A stretch of DNA of 47,736 nt from Macrostomum lignano (taxonomy: Eukaryota), in the NCBI GenBank assembly GCA_002269645.1, contig NIVC01004387.1, forward strand, positions 1 through 47,736, in the 5' to 3' direction. The position numbers and the translations under genes were made by a program. Below are positions 41,797 to 47,736 of the stretch, piece by piece. The notes beneath the pieces are model-generated. The model was not told the origin of the DNA. It made no database searches and saw only the letters and a program-made list of their open reading frames with translations. Numbering within the stretch: position 1 is the first letter of the stretch; the number at the start of each line of letters is the position of its first letter.

Positions 41797-42600
41797 AGTC
41801 CAGCTCCTTACAGTCCAGCTCCTTACAGTCCAGCTCCTTACAGTCCAGCTCCTTACAGTCCAGCTCCTTACAGTCCAGCTCCTTACAGTCCAGCTCCTTA
41901 CAGTCCAGCTCCTTACAGTCCAGCTCCTTACAGTCCAGCTCCTTACAGTCCAGCTCCTTACAGTCCAGCTCCTTACAGTCCAGCTCCTTGCAGTCCAGCT
42001 CCTTACAGTCCAGCTCCTTACAGTCCAGCTCCTTACAGTCCAGCTCCTTACAGTCCAGCTCCTTACAGTCCAGCTCCTTACAGTCCAGCTCCTTACAGTC
42101 CAGCTCCTTACAGTCCAGCTCCTTACAGTCCAGCTTCTTTGTGACAGTCCAGCTCCTCATTATTGACAGTCCAGCTCCTCATTAATGACAGTCCAGCTCC
42201 TCATTATTGACAGTCCAGCTCCTCATTATTGACAGTCCAGCTCCTCATTATTGACAGTCCAGTTCCTCATTATTGACAGTCCAGCTCCTCATTAATGACA
42301 GTCCAGTTCCTCATTAATGACAGTCCAGCTCCTCATTAATGACAGTCCAGTTCCTCATTATTGACAGTCCAGCTCCTCATTAGTGACAGTCCAGCTCCTC
42401 ATTATTGACAGTCCAGCTCCTCATTAATGACAGTCCAGTTCCTCATTATTGACAGTCCAGCTCCTCATTAGTGACAGTCCAGCTCCTCATTATTGACAGT
42501 CCAGCTCCTCATTAGTGACAGTCCAGCTCCTCATTATTGACAGTCCAGCTCCTCATTAATGACAGTCCAGCTCCTCATTATTGACAGTCCAGCTCCTGAC
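41797..42600. repeat. 15-bp array (cagtccagctcctta) followed by a 22-bp array (gacagtccagctcctcattatt) sharing a core
   Basis: Direct periodicity; the switch occurs at about 42140. Confidence 0.97.
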
Positions 42601-43433
42601 AGCTCCCTAGGAACCGCTCAATAACTTTCCTTACATGGCACATGCGCATCGAGAAGGAACCTTGTTAGGCGATTAATGGAAGTGTCATATAACCTGTTGC
42701 CATGTTAACCATGGGTATTGCCTGGCTATAAGTGATAAGTGATAAATCTGCTATTATATATCCTTCGGAACCTGTCAGCCGTTTTATGATCTGATCACTT
42801 ATAGCTCCTCGTAAGTGTCACAGCGACGCAATTAGCTCGTAATCAACAGAATTTACCATTGGACTATTGGACTCTATTAGACTATTAAGCTTTAATCACC
42901 ACACTAAGTGACACTTGGAAAGGACTAAGGTTTAAAGCTGGATTTGTAAGAAAATTGTATTTTGTATTTTAAGAGCTGCTAAATACGACCTAAAACAACT
43001 TTATGATCGCGGGAAGGTATAAAATCCAACGTTTTTTAGCGTACCTGAAAGCATTTCTTTAATGGCAATAATATTTTTTTATCAAAATTGCAAGCGATGG
43101 TGAAATGGAGAGCATATCTGCGCCTACCTTTCAGACGAGAGAATTTGTTTCTAAAAATAGCACCCACGGATCACCTTACTGTACATTGTTGTACGCGCTT
43201 TCGCAAGAATTTCCCCATCAATCTATCCTACTGACTCAGTACAGTGTTATGATAATGAATGAATTTTTCTGATTACTGTAATAATTATTTCGACTATTTA
43301 GCGCAAGATGCAAATGCATGAAATTGCATTGGTATATAATCAAGCACTCTTTGCCATGCAGCCAGCTGGATAATTAAAGCTCGACAGTTTTTTAGTAATT
43401 TGCCTCTAGATTTCTCATGCGCGGAATAAGCCA

Positions 43434-44268
43434 ATGGCATCTAGTCGGCGTTCAAAGGCTGTGCATTCTGAAATAAAAATGGAGACGGCTGCCGACTCCG
43501 CTGACGAAGGGCTTCGATACGATAATGTGCGCTGCTCTGAGCTGCGCGTCAAAGGCTTCGTGCTGATTGGTGGCAGGCCGTGCAAAATTGTGGAGATGAG
43601 CAGCTCCAAAACTGGTAAGTCTAGAAAGGACTTTTAAGATGTACAAGTGTAGCACGTACGTGTTTCTATGCTCGTAGAATTAAAAAAATGTACATGCACA
43701 AGGAAGGAGTCTAAGACAGTACGTGGTGCTGTACCTGCATGCAGTGTATATGTATGGCTCTTATGACATAAAGGGTTACAGTTACACATAAAATTGCGTG
43801 AAATCATACAAATTTTCTAAATTCCTAAATTTATGTGTAGACTTATTAAATTTTCACAACCCAAACGCGTATGGTATGTATGTATGTATATAAATTTCAG
43901 GAAAGCATGGTAGCTGCAAAATTCATCTAGTTGCAATTGACGTGTTCACTGGGAAGAAGCGCGTCACGGCGAATACCAGTAGTGACGTTGTTCAGGTGCC
44001 ATTGGTTGAGAAGCGCGAATGCCAGCTCGTGAGGATTGTCATGAACAATGACGATGATTCCCGAGACCCGGGACAGCTTCTGGTCGCCGAAAAGTCTGGT
44101 TCAACAGCCACCGTGGGTTTGTGCCCAGATAAAGCGGCCCAGCTTCTTGAAGCTACTCGTCACTGCATTCGGGACGACAACGAGTACCCTGTAATCGTCA
44201 CTGTCATGTCTGCAATGGGCGAGGAAGCTGCTGTTGCCGTACGAAGGGCTAGGGAACGCGGAAAATAG
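43434..44268 (+). CDS. EIF5A: Divergent eIF5A-like protein, 2 exons (43434-43614, 43901-44268), 182 aa (167 aa from Met at 43479)
   Basis: CSELRVKGFVLIGGRPCKIVEMSSSKT|GKHGSCKIHLVAIDVFTGKK and the C-terminal VTVMSAMGEEAAVAV match eIF5A. The intron is gtaagt...tttcag (286 nt) and splits the Gly codon. Confidence 0.92.
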
Positions 44269-44985
44269 TCCCGATCCCCAAAATTGGATCGATTCGATTA
44301 TGACAACATGATTGAGTGAAAAATCTTTTTTATGAAAGGTATAATTAATGTATTCTACTGTTTTTTTTATCCAACGTGTAACACCCATCTCGTAAACCAA
44401 CTGAAAAATTCACTGTATCAAGGAATTGTATACGAGGCACACCTTATATGCTAAAAATAAGCCTTTATACCGAATGTCTGAAAATACATTGCAGTGTAGT
44501 TACCCACCCCAATCACCCAGCGATAAGAAAAGAATATCACCGAAATACTACCCAATAAAAAATCGTTGTTATCGTAAGCATCATCTTTTGGAGAAATAAA
44601 AGCGCAAAAATTAAATTCTCTGTTTTGTCTAAGCAAAAATTATGTTATTTTAAATAAACAAAATATAGTTTCTTAGACCTTTGTTTTGGCCAGATATTAA
44701 GGCTGTCTAGCCTGAGCCACTTTATTACTACTATTAATACTATACAAGCAATTTGATGTATCCATACGCTCGTATACACATAAGTATTTTTTAATAAGTA
44801 ATAACTAAAATGAATAGTGCATATGCATAGTATCCATTTGCTTAATTGCTAAAACCATCTCTTTTTACAAATATTTTTAAAGGAATATTATATACACCGA
44901 ATTGGCCGAAGAGGTTTTTTGCCTGAACCTGAACCAAATATGTGCTGCACAACCCACCACTGACATTCTATTTAAGTACATGCTG

Positions 44986-45175
44986 CAGTAGCGCAACCAG
45001 AAAGTTGTTGACGGGGCGGGTTTTTGAATCTAGAGGGTAAAGATCCAGGGGGGGGGGGTGCGGCTCTGTATTTTGGCAAAAATTCGCTTGGTCCCCCCTT
45101 TCATTTTTTCTGGTCTAGTCCACCTAAAGGGGGGGCGATTGCCCCTCCCGCCCCCTGCTCCCTGGTGCGCCACTG
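44986..45175. mobile_element. Putative hAT-type MITE
   Basis: Imperfect TIR cagtagcgcaaccag ... ctggtgcgccactg, with a G/C-run subterminal region. No exact TSD. Confidence 0.45.
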
Positions 45176-45184
45176 AGTACTATG

Positions 45185-47003
45185 TGTGACGATTATCCGG
45201 TGGCCTCGAAAGTAATTAACGAAGGCAAGCACGGCAGAGGCAAATTTTGTAGCGGTAGCACTTGATGATAGTACGACTGATGCGGGCAATGGCCGCAGTC
45301 TGTTTATTGTAACCGTATGAGAGGATAGTCAGACTTGCTATTATCAATTCCGTCTGGGTGGTCAACAGAGATAGGTCAGTCGATGAGCCGGAGGCAATGG
45401 TGACGATGTGATGGCGGTGAACGTGTGGCGGCGGTGCTCGTAGCGAGAGCTCGTACAGGCAGTAGAGGTGGCGTGACTGAGATTTGGCAGAGGCGTGGTT
45501 TAAAACCGTGGCGGAGCGAGGCGGAGAGTGAAGGCAAGCAAACAAGGAGTGAGGAGTGCCGCGGTGGCAAGGCTCAAAGGGGTCTACGGCGGCAGGGGCC
45601 CGTGCTATAGAATACTCTTAACTCCTAAATCCTTAAGAGTGTCCTAACTCCTAGCTCCTAGCTGGCTTTTCTGTGCTATAGAATCAAGAGTACATTTTAA
45701 GAGCTAGGAGGCTCCTTAAGGACGTTAGGAGACTCCTGGGTGAATTTAGGAGAACTCATTAAGGTCCGTGGCATGCTATAGAATTAGGAGAGGAAGTCTA
45801 GGAGCTAGGAGCTAGGAGCTGGCTTTTAGGAGTGATTCTAGGAGCGCGTGTCCTATAGAATGAGAAAATTTCGCTCCTAACTCTTGACTCCTAAGCAAGA
45901 GTTCAAGGGCCAATTTTTACTCTTAGACAAGCTAGGATTCTAATGTTTTCGGACAGCGAATCGGATTCTGATGAGGAAGGAGTCAATGATAGACGCCGTC
46001 GACAATTTAAGGCAAGAATTAATTTTTTTGAAGAAGATCCAGCCGAGAGTGCTATTGAAAACTTGAAAACGAGCAGCCAGAACTCTACCCAGAGGTGATC
46101 CCGGACATCTTAGAGCCCAACAACGAAGGCGAAATCGTTGTCAACAACAATGGCCGCCGTGATCAACTAGTTAATACGTTTTGAACACACTCGAGCTCTA
46201 AATTACACTCGACACAATTCTTTGATAATTAGACTGGTGTATTATTTTCTTTTATTGATATTTACAAGTACACATGTACATTTAGACTTTTTACTTTTAC
46301 TTTTGATACTTTCTGCATTGCTTGGTCAACGCATATAATAAAACGAGTAAATACGCTGGTATAATTTATACCTCTTTGCGTGCAGAGACGGCTCTCACAA
46401 ATGATATTTTTGAGCAATTTGCATTTTCACTCCTGAGATTCAATCCTTAAGGAGCGTAAAGTTAGGATTGTGATATAGCACACAATTCTCTATCATCCTT
46501 AAACGATTGCGCAACACTCCTTGAACACACCCCCACTACTAGGCTGCACTCCTTGCAAGAACTCCTAGCTCCTAACTCTTAACTCCTGAAATCTATAGCA
46601 CACAAAATTCAATCACTCCTTATCAAGAGTACTCTTGAGTCCTAGCTCCTAACTCCTAACTCCTGATTCTATAGTACGGGCCCCAGGTCCAAGGCGGGTC
46701 TAACCCCGAGCGCCCCAGCCATACAGGACTGATAAGGAGCGGCTGGGGTGGGTGCGCGCGGAGAACTTAATTTCAGGCTAACATAATTTATGCGCGGCTT
46801 TTCTATTGGCCGGCGAGAAAAACAGAAATTATCGATCGCCTACTGTACTTAGGCTTTACAAACGTACGCCAAATTGTTTAAAATTCTTTGGGCACTACTT
46901 TAAGCAGACGTGAGAGTACGAGACCATTAATTAACAATATTATAGATTGGTACCGTATGCTGAAACGGCCCTTGACGGGGCTACTTAAATTGACAACGTC
47001 ACA
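45185..47003 (-). mobile_element. Solo LTR (about 728 bp once the nested insertion is removed)
   Basis: TGTGACG...CGTCACA termini with a perfect 5-bp TSD, CTATG (45180-45184 and 47004-47008). A minus-strand AATAAA at 45308-45303 lies about 120 nt from the end. Confidence 0.85.
45596..46683 (+). mobile_element. Non-autonomous PIF/Harbinger element (1088 bp) nested in the solo LTR
   Basis: TIRs gggcccgtgctatagaat / attctatagtacgggccc, 3-bp TSD CAG (45593-45595 and 46684-46686), many subterminal taggag/ctccta repeats. The internal remnant joins MFSDSESDSDEE..RRRQFKARINF (45943) out of frame to ..NNNGRRDQLVNTF* (46184). Confidence 0.85.
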
Positions 47004-47624
47004 CTATGTACATTAGTCAATAGGTGGCAAGCTTACTAAATCAGTAGCTTACCTTTTAGAATACATGTATTATTTAGTTACTTTAATCACCATGAAATGT
47101 TATTTTAAAATTGGAAATTGCATCATAATGCCAGTGATGGAATTTAAAAACAGATTTGGCTAGCTAAAGTGGCTATCCACAAAGATGCCACCAAAGTTAA
47201 TTGTAGGGGTTAGTTCTACCCTCTAAAATAAGTCTCACTGCTAAGCCACCAAGCTGTGCTAGGGCTATACTCTCCTTTAATTAAATCCAAAAAACGGCCA
47301 CCAAAGTTTCTTAAACCGGTCTGCGTCTTATAGTATATATTTGAGTAATTGTCTCAGTATTGAGTATATGTCTGAGTATCTGTCTGAGTATATATCTGCG
47401 CATTTGTTGCCCTTATGGTAGCCGGCAACCTTCCTATTCTGACTAGCCAGTAAAGGCTGAAGGCTGATTCGAAGCTCGAAAGAGTTGTCTTCTCCTCGCT
47501 GAAAATCGCGTCCTTGTACTAAAATTTCAGTTCGTTTAAAAAATAATTATTACGAATTTGAGACACGTGTATTAAAACAAAATGTTTTCTTAGAACGCGC
47601 AGATTTGAAATTGCATAGAAGTTA

Positions 47625-47736
47625 GATTTTCGATTAGATTTAGATTAGACGTGTCTCAGATTAGATTAGATATAGACTTCTATGCAATCTAATAGATCAG
47701 ATTAGATAATTAGATTTAGATTTAGATTTAGATTTT
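47625..47736. repeat. (TTAGA)n degenerate microsatellite running off the window end
   Basis: Direct periodicity. Confidence 0.85.

Noticed and set aside
47625-47736. Telomere at the window end
   Set aside because: The unit is degenerate TTAGA, not TTAGGG or TTAGG, and the same pentamer occurs internally at 25852-26225.

Overview
This is a eukaryotic (invertebrate animal) genomic window. GC-rich exons are embedded in introns filled with minisatellites. That style suggests a flatworm such as Macrostomum, but this is inference only. I assembled four protein-coding loci by hand. (1) The last five exons of a USP32-like deubiquitinase (+, 105-3326, ending in a CaaX box) carry three apparent frameshifts. 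(2) An intronless, TATA-driven 97-aa secreted prepropeptide (+, 8979-9272) should yield a cationic 28-aa peptide with a 17-residue C-terminal disulfide ring; I cannot assign it to a family. (3) A Delta-type Notch ligand (-, 34589 to at least 15954) has nine phase-consistent exons encoding signal, MNNL/C2, DSL, 7 EGF, TM and ICD; its last exon is unresolved. (4) A divergent two-exon eIF5A-like gene (+, 43434-44268) has an altered hypusine loop. Mobile elements are a Crypton-type tyrosine-recombinase remnant with two clusters of GTCTATGG/CCATAGAC motifs, a perfect 83-bp foldback, a tRNA-derived SINE, hAT-like MITEs, and a solo LTR (5-bp TSD) carrying a deleted Harbinger element (CAG TSD). About 25 distinct tandem arrays account for most long ORFs in the supplied track, which are artefacts. 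The strongest novelty candidates are the ring peptide, the divergent eIF5A, and an array of 12 tandem 5' splice-site consensus motifs inside a Delta intron. All family assignments come from recalled motifs, not database searches.
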